Below are positions 1 through 8,225 of a stretch of DNA of 64,000 nucleotides, one piece after another. Origin of the DNA: Candidatus Flemingiibacterium sp. (GTDB taxonomy: Bacteria; Bacillota; Clostridia; Oscillospirales; CAG-272). A model generated the notes under the pieces. The model searched no databases, was not told the origin of the DNA, and saw only the letters and a program-made list of their open reading frames with translations. How positions within the stretch are numbered: position 1 is the first letter of the stretch; each line of letters begins with the position of its first letter. Location: NCBI GenBank assembly GCA_045586505.1, contig JAZNAL010000053.1, forward strand, positions 30,109-94,108, written 5' to 3'. The position numbers and the translations under genes are program-made.

Positions 1-1835
1 GTAATGCCTGCACGGGTGAGCAGAGCGCTTGCCACGGCATAGTATGTGTAGCAGTTTCCGTAGTGACGTGTAAAGCCGGAATATGCCGCCTTGTCAAAGT
101 AGCCCATTAAATGGCTGGTGCTGGTGGAATATTTGATGTTGACTGTGCACCAGTCATAGATTGCGCGCGCCTTTTGTCGGTCGGACATGGAGTCATTTAC
201 AATCACCGCAAGCACCTCGTCCGCCTTTTCGTTGACTGCCGAAGCTGTGATAGCATTGATGGTAACCGTGGCAGTTGCCGTTGCGGTGTTTCCTTCTGCG
301 TCGGCGGCGGTGTAGGTCACGGTATATGTGCCCGGCTTGGAGGTGTTGACAAGGGAGGCGTTAGCTTTGACCGTTACTTTACCGTCCTTTTCGTCCATGG
401 CATATACGCCGCTTCTGTAGGAGACGGTATCGCCCTCGTAGGCGGTAATATTCTTGATGCCGTAGATGGTGGGCGGTGCATTGTCACGGGATATCTTAAG
501 AGTTGTGGATTTCTCGGCAGTGTTGCCTGCCTTATCCGTACCTATAATTGTTACGATGTAGTTGCCTTCCGCTTCAAAGTTAGGCTCATAGGCGAATTTG
601 AAGTCCACCTCGGAAAAATCCGTATAGCCGGTCACAAAAACGCTGGCAGTCAGCTCGGTTCCGGTGTAAACGCTTATAGGTCGAACCGTAAATTCCGGTG
701 CCACGGTGTCCTCGACTATAATTTCAAGGGGAATTTCGGAATATTCTCCTGTAAGCTCTACCTCATAAGTGCCGACTTCAAGATTAAGAGTATCAAAATC
801 GTCGGGAAACCTTGGGAACTCGTTGTCGATGCCCAGCATCATACTTATATTAGAAGAAAACTCCTCGTAGGGTGTTCCCGCCTCGATAACGATGGAGGAG
901 GGGAGCGTGTAGATATTCACAAACGCAGTGTATTCGGTAAAGTTGCCGCTTTCATCCGTCAGCGTAATGCTTATCTCCTGCTTGCCCGGCTTACCCAAGT
1001 CAATCTCGGGAGTATAAGTCATTGAAACCTCGGAGGTGTCGGAGATATCGGTTACAATATCGTTAATATCCACCGTCTGACCGAGAAGCAGGTCGAGTGA
1101 ATATACAAAGGCAAAGGGAGCGGTAGTGTCGGAAATTTTCACCGCGAACACACAGATCACGCCATCAAGCTCACCGGATACGCGGTATGTACCGCATGCG
1201 CTTGTGTCAACGGAGGAAAGCTCAACCAGGTCAAGCCCGTATTCGACGATTAACCGCGACTCTATAAACTCGCGGGTAATTCCAAACTCAAACTCACGAT
1301 CCTTGATCGTATCGCTTACGGTGTAAGCGGCGGAGGCTTCGGAGATGTTTCCTTTTCTGTCGGTGAGGCGAAGTGTTACGCTTCCGTCGGCAGAGGTGTC
1401 AGGAGACATCACAAATTCCACTGTGCCCTCAGATATGTCAATCGGCTCCGAAAGAAAATCTGTGGGCTCAAGGCTTCCGCCTCGGGGGACGATGATATCC
1501 CTTGGTACCAGTGTTGGCACAGGGGTGTTATTGCTTGGATCGCCGAATCCGAATTTTTGCGGAAGCGCTACGGCGAGAACTACTCCAACAGATATAATGA
1601 GCAGCACGGCGGCAAGTATGACAGACAGAACGGGGAAACGCCTTTTTGCGTTTTCTTTTGTTTCATCTGTTTCACAAGACTCGGTTTCATCACTGCTTTC
1701 ATCTGATTCGGTGCTTTCTGTTGCCGCAGGGGAAGTTTCATCGACCACCGCATTTTCCGCGACGGCTTCCTCGTTTAAGGCTTCGGCAGGCGTCTCGGTC
1801 ACTTCCTCGGCGCCGGTTATTGTTTTTTCATCCAT
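1..1835 (-). CDS. Membrane-anchored surface protein with tandem Ig-like modules and a C-terminal transglutaminase-like Cys-protease core. The C-terminus runs off the window.
   Basis: Absent from the ORF track because there is no stop in the window. The minus frame from ATG 1835 (AGGA 9 nt upstream) is open to base 1 in my translation. It reads MDEKTITGAEEVTE..., with an acidic N-terminus and one TM helix (FPVLSVILAAVLLIISVGVVLAVAL). Repeated beta-rich modules follow, ending ...FTRHYGNCYTYYAVASALLTRAGI, a transglutaminase-core-like Cys motif. Plus-strand ORFs 111-1025, 1126-1326 and 1345-2094 are its antisense shadows. Confidence 0.75.
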   Translation of the reverse strand, partial: MDEKTITGAEEVTETPAEALNEEAVAENAVVDETSPAATESTESDESSDETESCETDETKENAKRRFPVLSVILAAVLLIISVGVVLAVALPQKFGFGDPSNNTPVPTLVPRDIIVPRGGSLEPTDFLSEPIDISEGTVEFVMSPDTSADGSVTLRLTDRKGNISEASAAYTVSDTIKDREFEFGITREFIESRLIVEYGLDLVELSSVDTSACGTYRVSGELDGVICVFAVKISDTTAPFAFVYSLDLLLGQTVDINDIVTDISDTSEVSMTYTPEIDLGKPGKQEISITLTDESGNFTEYTAFVNIYTLPSSIVIEAGTPYEEFSSNISMMLGIDNEFPRFPDDFDTLNLEVGTYEVELTGEYSEIPLEIIVEDTVAPEFTVRPISVYTGTELTASVFVTGYTDFSEVDFKFAYEPNFEAEGNYIVTIIGTDKAGNTAEKSTTLKISRDNAPPTIYGIKNITAYEGDTVSYRSGVYAMDEKDGKVTVKANASLVNTSKPGTYTVTYTAADAEGNTATATATVTINAITASAVNEKADEVLAVIVNDSMSDRQKARAIYDWCTVNIKYSTSTSHLMGYFDKAAYSGFTRHYGNCYTYYAVASALLTRAGI

Positions 1836-1851
1836 ATTGTTAATTCCTATC

Positions 1852-3939
1852 TTATTTCGGCAGTCCGTCGCCGTTAGTGTACAGCACATCCGACTTATCG
1901 GTGCCTGCAATGCACATAAGTCCCACATCAAAGAACTCCATCTTGCGCCAGTTGTATGGATCGCCCGGATTGCCTCCGACTTGACCCGAATAAAGCGCAT
2001 AGGTGCCGTCGGCGCGTTCTGCAATTATAGAGACGCCGCCTGCTTCGATGCGTTTGACATCGCAAAGTGTCTCCACATCGGCAAGACCCAGTGAACGGTA
2101 TCCCTGAACCTCAACCGAGCCGTCCGCAAAGAGCAGGACTGTGCTCTGATTGCACGCCGCTACGTCAACTACATTTCGAAAATGGGACACATCGCACTGA
2201 CCTGCGGTATTTGATCCCACCGCCACGACTGTACCGTCGGTTTTGAGTCCCACGGTGAAGCGCTGCCCTGCGGCAATGGCGGCGATATTCGTCCATTCGG
2301 CGGTATTTGCCTGACCGTAGGTGTTATCGCCATGTACGCTGACCGTACCGTTGTCATGAAGCAGTACGATATGTCTGTCGCCGACTGCTATTGCCACAAC
2401 ATCGGTATACTGCGGGATCCAATAGGTGTTAAGTTTGCCTTGATTTGCAATCGTGCTGACGCTTCCGTTGGTGTGAAGCACCACGGTGACATCGGCGTTG
2501 GTCTCAACCGATACTGCGTTGCCCGTTTTGGTGCCTGCCAGCGTGCCGTCCTTTATACGCTTTATTTCACCGTTCCAGACTGCAAGCGGTTTGGCGTGAT
2601 AGGATCGCTTCTGTGCGGCGGAAAGCATAGGATAAACTATCTCAAGCTCTGCGCGCACACCTGCGTCCTCGGGTTCAACTGTCTGTGCAAGATTTGCGTC
2701 GGCATTTAATGGATAACGGTGAGCGAAATAAATAATGCCCGCATTGTCATTTGCGCTTGAAAAGCATTCCAGTGCCAGAGCGATGATCTCCGCCTTGGAG
2801 CGCTTTACGGTTTTAATATTCTCAATGTCATCAATAAATGATGCCGCCTCATAGTAGCGATGGGAGCTTGAAAAATAGTTGAATGCATTTTTGAAGACGG
2901 TTTTCTCAGAGGCAAGGCGATCCTCCGCACTTCTAATCTCGCTCACCACACGCAGAGCATTGGGGAAATCTCCTTTCGATTCCAGCATACTTACGATGGT
3001 GTGGATGATAGAGTCGAATTTTTCGTCGCTCTCGGACATTTTTGCCACGCGGTATGCGTTTTCGTTGATCTTGCCCGAATCGCTGTCGATCACGCTCTGA
3101 GCGGCATAGTCTATGATTCTTTCGCAGAACGGCTTCGGTGCTCCGTAAGCATAAACATAGGATGACTCAAGATCGCCCTCGGAGAAGTAGTGAAGCGAAG
3201 CTTTTTCACATACCCGCTGAAAAAGTCCCGTGTAACTAGACTCAGACGCGATCTTATAGGCTTCGTTGAAACGCCCATCCTTCATGAGGAATTCCACCGA
3301 ACTGCGTACACCAAGATATTTATAAAGGAAAACTCCGCCGATGGCTTCGGCAATCAGCATAAGAATGAGTACGGTCAGAATTACCGAGCGGCGCAGATGC
3401 TTGCGCTTCTGCTTTTCGGTTTCCTCCATTGCTTTTTTGATTATATCGTCGGTGTTCGGAACATCAGTATTTGCCTCTTTTGCAGTATTATCGGATGATA
3501 TCTGCTTCTTGATGGGGCGGCGGACGTATTTGTACTCCGCGGCTTTAAATGTGAGCACCTGACCGTTTTCCAGCAGAATCTCGCTTATATATGCGGAACA
3601 GCCATTGTATTTGAGTCCCTCAGGGATATTACCGCTGACGGTGATATATTCGGAGGCGTTGATATCCGAAAGAGAGTATTCGAAGGTGTTGAACGGATGC
3701 TCGTTGTCCGGGGCGTATATCGGCATGGAGGAGAAGCGGTATCTGAAGGTGAAGCTCCGTATTGCCATTGACAGGTCGCGCCGCACTATGACACGCATAA
3801 CGTCAGCGCCTGCGGGTTTGTTGATTATAGAGATGGCGTGTATCGACGCGGGAGGCGTGGTGTTCGGCGGCAGGGTCGGCACCGACATATAAACGATGCT
3901 CTCGCCTGCAGAAACGGAATTATTATCGATGTTATTCAT
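1852..3939 (-). CDS. Single-pass membrane protein with a C-terminal RCC1-type beta-propeller repeat domain
   Basis: The track ORF is 1852-3969. I prefer ATG 3939, which has GGAGGAGG 5 nt upstream and an 8-nt overlap with the upstream stop. TM helix SVILTVLILMLIAEAIGGVFLY. C-terminal tandem blades: HIVLLHDNGTVSVHGDNTYGQ, FTVGLKTDGTVVAVGSNTAGQC and STVLLFADGSVEVQG. Confidence 0.8.
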   Translation of the reverse strand: MNNIDNNSVSAGESIVYMSVPTLPPNTTPPASIHAISIINKPAGADVMRVIVRRDLSMAIRSFTFRYRFSSMPIYAPDNEHPFNTFEYSLSDINASEYITVSGNIPEGLKYNGCSAYISEILLENGQVLTFKAAEYKYVRRPIKKQISSDNTAKEANTDVPNTDDIIKKAMEETEKQKRKHLRRSVILTVLILMLIAEAIGGVFLYKYLGVRSSVEFLMKDGRFNEAYKIASESSYTGLFQRVCEKASLHYFSEGDLESSYVYAYGAPKPFCERIIDYAAQSVIDSDSGKINENAYRVAKMSESDEKFDSIIHTIVSMLESKGDFPNALRVVSEIRSAEDRLASEKTVFKNAFNYFSSSHRYYEAASFIDDIENIKTVKRSKAEIIALALECFSSANDNAGIIYFAHRYPLNADANLAQTVEPEDAGVRAELEIVYPMLSAAQKRSYHAKPLAVWNGEIKRIKDGTLAGTKTGNAVSVETNADVTVVLHTNGSVSTIANQGKLNTYWIPQYTDVVAIAVGDRHIVLLHDNGTVSVHGDNTYGQANTAEWTNIAAIAAGQRFTVGLKTDGTVVAVGSNTAGQCDVSHFRNVVDVAACNQSTVLLFADGSVEVQGYRSLGLADVETLCDVKRIEAGGVSIIAERADGTYALYSGQVGGNPGDPYNWRKMEFFDVGLMCIAGTDKSDVLYTNGDGLPK

Positions 3940-5107
3940 ATTGACCTCCTCCCTGATTTCCCAGCTCATCCTCAGCAGGGACGAGCGGGATATCGTCTAT
4001 GGGGTGGTCGGTGGGCAGATAATCCTTGGTGTTGACACACTGGAAATGCCACCATTCGGAGTTTATGTAGGTAAAACCGCAGCCAACCATCACGCGGGTC
4101 ATATAGTCCATGTTGTTACGGGCTGTTTCGGTCATGATTTCGCTGTTTCGCGCAGATTCTTCGGTGAAGGAATGCATGGGAGTCGGCATTTCAAGCTCGA
4201 CGCCGCCTGCATCGCACAGTGACATATCTATAGCTGTGCCGCGGTCATGAATGCCGCCCATTCCTCGAGAGGGGTCTGCGACCCATTTGTGTACACGCAC
4301 CACGTCAAACCAACGCTGCTGTACCGAGGTGGGACGGTATGCGTCATAGATCACAACAGTGTATCCGTCGTTTCGGAATACCTCGATGGCGTTCATCAGC
4401 TTTTGCAGGGTGTCGTACTGCAGAAGGCAGAGATTCTTTTTGTAAAACGGCTCGCCGATAGAGGTGTCGGAGGTGGAGAGCTTCATGGATACCACCACAT
4501 CGTACTGCGACAGGTCAAAGCCCTCGGGTATGGGCTCGGTGGTTTCATATACCCTCAGATATTTCCGAACATCCACGAGATGTGAGTACGCCGGAATCTT
4601 TGTTCCGGCGGCGTTGGGCGCCATTCCCGACTCTACGGGAACCTCGGCGTACAGCTGGGTGTTGTCGCTGAGTGCATGGAGAAAGCCTTCCTTGGTAAAG
4701 CCCAGCGGGGTGCCGTCAATATCGTACACCTTTGCCCAAATGCTGTTGTCCTCCGGCTCGGTAAGGATGATCTTGGTGCCTTCCTTCAACGTATTATAGG
4801 GGTACTGTGAGGTCGTGGATTCATAAATATCCATTTTGCCGTAGACCGTCATAGGGAAGCTCCGGGGCCCGTCCAGTGAGGAGTTGGGCAAAGCTTGCCC
4901 GGGTCTTGTCAGGGATGTGGTGCCCAGCTTACCGAAATCGAATGCCTCGTCGGGAAATTCGAGACCGAGATGCTCTTTAAGGTCAAAATCCTCGTATATA
5001 TGATTTTTTGCTTCGGGTGAGACCGCACAGGAGGTGAGTGTGCTGCCGAGATTCAATATCAGTGACGTCAACAGCACAAGATTTAGCGGTCGTTTGAGAG
5101 TTTTCAT
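3932..5107 (-). CDS. Lipoprotein with an SH3b-like domain and an M15 (VanX/DdpX-type) D-Ala-D-Ala dipeptidase domain
   Basis: Signal peptide with lipobox LTSC. SH3-like segment LKEGTKIILTEPEDNSIWAKVYDIDG. M15 motifs IYDAYRPTSVQ, HDRGTAIDMSL and SEWWHF. ATGA overlap with the upstream gene's stop. Confidence 0.85.
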   Translation of the reverse strand: MKTLKRPLNLVLLTSLILNLGSTLTSCAVSPEAKNHIYEDFDLKEHLGLEFPDEAFDFGKLGTTSLTRPGQALPNSSLDGPRSFPMTVYGKMDIYESTTSQYPYNTLKEGTKIILTEPEDNSIWAKVYDIDGTPLGFTKEGFLHALSDNTQLYAEVPVESGMAPNAAGTKIPAYSHLVDVRKYLRVYETTEPIPEGFDLSQYDVVVSMKLSTSDTSIGEPFYKKNLCLLQYDTLQKLMNAIEVFRNDGYTVVIYDAYRPTSVQQRWFDVVRVHKWVADPSRGMGGIHDRGTAIDMSLCDAGGVELEMPTPMHSFTEESARNSEIMTETARNNMDYMTRVMVGCGFTYINSEWWHFQCVNTKDYLPTDHPIDDIPLVPAEDELGNQGGGQYE

Positions 5108-6201
5108 TCAGGTGCTCCTTCATGGGTTGTATCAGCAGTTGTGCTGCCGATCAGATTTCGCAGATTGCGCTCCGCTATCATTGCGACTACATAGTCGGGG
5201 GAGAAGCTGTCAATAAGTCCGAGGTTGTCGCAGTATGGCGTGGCACGCTCAAATCGTGCCTCGGACACAGATGATGCCGCAAAGGGGATCATCGCGTTGG
5301 CAAAGGAGTCGCGGAACATTAAAAGCTTACCGTTACCGCCGCCTCTGGTGGCAATACGCAGATCCATGGGAGTGGAGTAAGCGGTGGTGTAGATGTAGCG
5401 ATCGGTGAAGTCGTAGCTTATATTATCGTCGAAAACCTGGCGGTCGGGGAAGAGCAGTGTGTCCAGGTCGCCGATGTGGTCGCGCGTGGGTGTGGGAGAA
5501 TAACTGTCAAAATCGGGTATATCAAAGGAGAGCTTGTCTGCGATCGCCTCAAATGCGATATGTGCGCCCTCGTTGTTCCAGTGGGTGTCGCGCTTGTGGT
5601 ATACAAGACGCTGGGTCTTGGCATCCGTCAGTATGCCGCGCAGATCAATGTAAGGCACTCCGCGAGCATCCAGCGCTTCAATAAGACGGTCAAAATCTCT
5701 GCCCTCGGTGTTCATGATATAGCGGGAGGGCATCATCTCGGGGTAGATACTGTTTTTGTTGGGGGCGCAGACAAAGAGGAACTCGGCACCGTGGGCGGTG
5801 GAGTATTCATACATATAAAGGAGTGCATCCGCGGCGGCGGAGATCTCCTCATCGGTCATGAGTGCGCTTCCCATATAGTCGGGCAGGGTGTCAGCGAAGA
5901 ACAGAAAGTCATCGCGTCCGAGAATTACCTGCTCGTTGCCCTCGGAGAAAAAATCGGCTTTCATGGCGGCAAAAACATCTACCACCTTATTTCTGTATGC
6001 AAAGCTCTTGGAGAAATATTCCTCAAACTGATCGCCGAAATCGGAGTTTATGGTGATCACTTGCCCTGAGGTCAGAAGCGACGGCATTGCGGTACCGCCC
6101 TCAGCCGCCTCAGCGGCACCGGGGATAACCATTCCTGCCGAGAAAAACGCGCATGGGATAAGGAAGAGCGCGCAGTATATGATAAGCAGTATTTTTTTCA
6201 T
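5104..6201 (-). CDS. AlgJ/AlgX-like (DHHW-family) SGNH-type O-acetyltransferase partner with an N-terminal membrane anchor
   Basis: The track ORF extends to 6273. ATG 6201 has AGGAGG upstream and begins MKKILLIIYCALFLIPCAFF. Contains the HKRDTHWNNEGA (DxHW) motif. Lies directly downstream of an MBOAT gene. Confidence 0.8.
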   Translation of the reverse strand: MKKILLIIYCALFLIPCAFFSAGMVIPGAAEAAEGGTAMPSLLTSGQVITINSDFGDQFEEYFSKSFAYRNKVVDVFAAMKADFFSEGNEQVILGRDDFLFFADTLPDYMGSALMTDEEISAAADALLYMYEYSTAHGAEFLFVCAPNKNSIYPEMMPSRYIMNTEGRDFDRLIEALDARGVPYIDLRGILTDAKTQRLVYHKRDTHWNNEGAHIAFEAIADKLSFDIPDFDSYSPTPTRDHIGDLDTLLFPDRQVFDDNISYDFTDRYIYTTAYSTPMDLRIATRGGGNGKLLMFRDSFANAMIPFAASSVSEARFERATPYCDNLGLIDSFSPDYVVAMIAERNLRNLIGSTTADTTHEGAPE

Positions 6202-6215
6202 CGCGGCACCCTCCT

Positions 6216-7625
6216 TTAGAAAATATAGTAGATAAACGGATTGAACGAGGTGGAAGCGAGGGTCATCACGCACAGGATAAACAGCGGCAGACTGATAACA
6301 TAGCCGATGCTCTCGCCGACAAGAGTGAGCTTTTCGGTGCGTGAAATGTATTTTTTCAGCATGGGAAGAATCGGCAGTGAGAAGATTATGCCGAAGATAA
6401 TCATCATGCAGGTGTAAGGCGTAAAGAGTGCAGTGGCATCACCGGGAGCGCCCGAGAAGGAGAACATGGCTCCGATATAGTCAAGCGCGAAATTCATGCT
6501 CGGCGAGTTGAACACTACAAAGCCAAGGCAGACTGCAAGAAGAGTGTAAATATGGAAGATAGGCTTAAGCAGAGGCTTTTTTGCCCATTTTTCAATATTT
6601 GTCACCTGCTCGAACATCATGAGGAGTCCGTGCCACATACCCCAGATAATATAGGTGAAGTTAGCGCCGTGCCAGAGTCCGGTCAGGAAGAACACGATGA
6701 GTCGGTTGCACGCGGTGCGTACCTTGCCGCAGCGGTTTCCGCCCAGGGAGAAGTAGACGTATTCGCGGAACCAGGAGGTAAGCGAAATGTGCCAACGCTT
6801 CCAGAAGTCGCGGATGGATACGGCAGAGTATGGATAGTTGAAGTTTTCAAGCAGATCAAAGCCGAACATATGAGCAAGACCGATCGCCATATCGGAGTAG
6901 CCGGAGAAGTCGAAATAAAGCTGAATGCAGTAGCAGATCGCGCCCGACCAGGCGAGGAGCGAGGAGGGGGAATCCGCACCAAACGCCGCTTCGGCGATGA
7001 TAGCGGCGGTGTTGGATACCAGTACCTTCTTGGAAAGGCCGTAAATAAAGCGGCGGATACCGAGTGCGGTCTGCTCAACGGTGACGGTGCGTGCGGCAAT
7101 CTGCTCCTTGATGTCGCCGTATTTGACGATGGGACCTGCGATGAGCTGGGGAAAGAAGGAGATGTACAGAAGCAGGTCGCCGAAGGAACGCTGAGCCTCG
7201 GTCTTGCCGCGGCGTACGTCTACGACGTAGGAGAGCACCTGGAAGGTGTAAAATGAAATGCCGACGGGGATGGTAAGCTGGGGTATCGGGATATCAACAG
7301 CCAGCGCCGTGTTGATGAGTGAAACGAGCCACGGTACATATTTGAAGAAGCCAAGTACGGCAAGGTCGACAACGACGCAGGCGGTACAGATGACCGACTG
7401 TGCTTTCGGTTTGCATTTGGTCATGAGCAGGGTCATAGACCAGTTGAACATGACGGAGCTTAACATGATTATTATGTATACCGGCTCGCCGTAGGCATAA
7501 AACAGCAGGCTGACGACCGCGAGAAGGAGATTTCTTGCTCCCAGGAAGCGCGGCGGAATCAGCGTATAAATAAGCCATACCGCGGGCAGAAAAATAAACA
7601 GAAAAACGGTTGATGAAAATACCAT
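6216..7625 (-). CDS. MBOAT-family membrane O-acyl/acetyltransferase (AlgI/DltB/PatA-like)
   Basis: The track ORF extends to 7694. ATG 7625 (GAGG upstream) gives the typical MBOAT N-terminus MVFSSTVFLFIFLP. Conserved His regions WHISLTSWFREYVYFSLGGNR and TGLWHGANF. The protein is polytopic. Confidence 0.9.
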   Translation of the reverse strand: MVFSSTVFLFIFLPAVWLIYTLIPPRFLGARNLLLAVVSLLFYAYGEPVYIIIMLSSVMFNWSMTLLMTKCKPKAQSVICTACVVVDLAVLGFFKYVPWLVSLINTALAVDIPIPQLTIPVGISFYTFQVLSYVVDVRRGKTEAQRSFGDLLLYISFFPQLIAGPIVKYGDIKEQIAARTVTVEQTALGIRRFIYGLSKKVLVSNTAAIIAEAAFGADSPSSLLAWSGAICYCIQLYFDFSGYSDMAIGLAHMFGFDLLENFNYPYSAVSIRDFWKRWHISLTSWFREYVYFSLGGNRCGKVRTACNRLIVFFLTGLWHGANFTYIIWGMWHGLLMMFEQVTNIEKWAKKPLLKPIFHIYTLLAVCLGFVVFNSPSMNFALDYIGAMFSFSGAPGDATALFTPYTCMMIIFGIIFSLPILPMLKKYISRTEKLTLVGESIGYVISLPLFILCVMTLASTSFNPFIYYIF

Positions 7626-7698
7626 GAAAACCTCATAAAAACAATTATTTGGAATATAATAATAACAGTCTTTCAATAGCACATAATTATTCATTATA

Positions 7699-7727
7699 AT
7701 TATACCACCTTTTTTATGCTATTGCAA
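7699..7727 (-). promoter_or_regulatory. Sigma-A-type promoter for the MBOAT operon
   Basis: The minus strand reads TTGCAA, then 17 nt, then (TGg)TATAAT. It lies about 75 nt upstream of ATG 7625. Confidence 0.45.
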
Positions 7728-7786
7728 TATATTTTTTGAAGAATTCCGCCGAGGGAAATTTATTTTTGCAAATTTGACAAAACCTA

Positions 7787-7815
7787 TTGACAAATGTAAT
7801 GCTATGTGATATAAT
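7787..7815 (+). promoter_or_regulatory. Sigma-A-type promoter for the tRNA-Leu/tRNA-fMet pair
   Basis: TTGACA (7787-7792), a 17-nt spacer, then TGaTATAAT (-10 at 7810-7815). It lies about 45 nt upstream of the tRNA. Confidence 0.55.
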
Positions 7816-7859
7816 GTATAGGCGCTCGAGCGAGAGCGTACAAAAAGGTAACGGAAAAT

Positions 7860-7947
7860 GCCGGAGTGGCGGAATTGGCAGACGCCCGGGACTTAAAATC
7901 CCGTGGGACTATATCCCGTACCGGTTCGAGCCCGGTTTCCGGCACCA
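7860..7947 (+). tRNA. tRNA-Leu (anticodon TAA), class II with a long variable arm and encoded CCA
   Basis: Acceptor GCCGGAG/TTCCGGC. Anticodon stem-loop CGGGA-CTTAAAA-TCCCG. T-loop GGTTCGAGCC. Ends in ACCA. Confidence 0.9.
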
Positions 7948-7961
7948 AAAACCTTATATAT

Positions 7962-8037
7962 CGCGCGGTAGAGCAGTTGGTAGCTCGTCGGGCTCATAAC
8001 CCGGAGGCCGCAGGTTCAAGTCCTGCCCGCGCAACCA
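7962..8037 (+). tRNA. Initiator tRNA-fMet (anticodon CAT)
   Basis: C1:A72 mismatch at the acceptor end (CGCGCGG...CCGCGCA). Three consecutive G-C pairs in the anticodon stem (TCGGG-CTCATAA-CCCGG). T-loop GGTTCAAGTCC. Encoded CCA. Confidence 0.85.
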
Positions 8038-8042
8038 AAGCA

Positions 8043-8106
8043 GGAGGGACTATGTCAAATGCGAGTTTAATTGCATTTGGGGTAGTCCCTCTAATTACAT
8101 TTTTAT
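8043..8106 (+). terminator. Long compound hairpin after the tRNA pair, possibly a terminator
   Basis: GGAGGGACTA...TAGTCCCTC encloses an inner hairpin CAAATGC/GCATTTG. The T-run (ACATTTTTAT) begins a few nt after the stem, so it is not a textbook terminator. Confidence 0.4.
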
Positions 8107-8225
8107 ATGAATTTGTTGCCGGGTTGCTGATTAAATAAGCGTCTTACAAAATCACCAAGGGAGGCGAAATTTTTCAAATATTCGTAAGGAGTTCTAACTG
8201 TCAGCAAAAGGGTAAATTCAATTTT

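Noticed and set aside
111-2094. Plus-strand track ORFs 111-1025 (304 aa), 1126-1326, 1345-2094 and 1646-1843
   Set aside because: They have low-complexity, Cys/Arg/Gly-rich or Ser-rich translations and no RBS. They lie antisense to a motif-rich minus-strand gene (TM helix, Ig-like modules, transglutaminase core) that is open across the whole region.
6552-7256. Long antisense ORFs inside real genes: 6552-7256+, 12380-13138+, 20673-21215-, 23734-24495-, 34913-35668-, 36381-37340-, 38279-39100-, 44357-45040-, 45111-45650-, 50704-51417+ and others
   Set aside because: Each lies opposite a gene with unmistakable family motifs (MBOAT, P-type ATPase, PelF, CotH, ABC, AtpB, AtpD/C, DUF1538, LeuA). 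None has an RBS or recognisable motifs. They are typical shadow ORFs of moderately GC-rich coding DNA.
5104-7694. Upstream-extended starts given by the track (6273 for the AlgJ-like gene, 7694 for MBOAT, 3969 for the RCC1 gene, 34216 for etfB, 49802 for ilvB, 28839 for the GGDEF gene, 25355 for VTC)
   Set aside because: In each case an internal ATG has a proper AGGAGG-type RBS at 5-9 nt and yields the canonical family N-terminus or signal peptide. The extensions overlap the upstream genes and look non-protein-like.
7787-8138. Track ORFs 7787-7999 and 7866-8138 (and likewise 54221-54445, 54229-54423-, 54301-54507, 34494-34691-)
   Set aside because: They are read straight through tRNA genes and their terminators. 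The tRNA cloverleaves explain the sequence.
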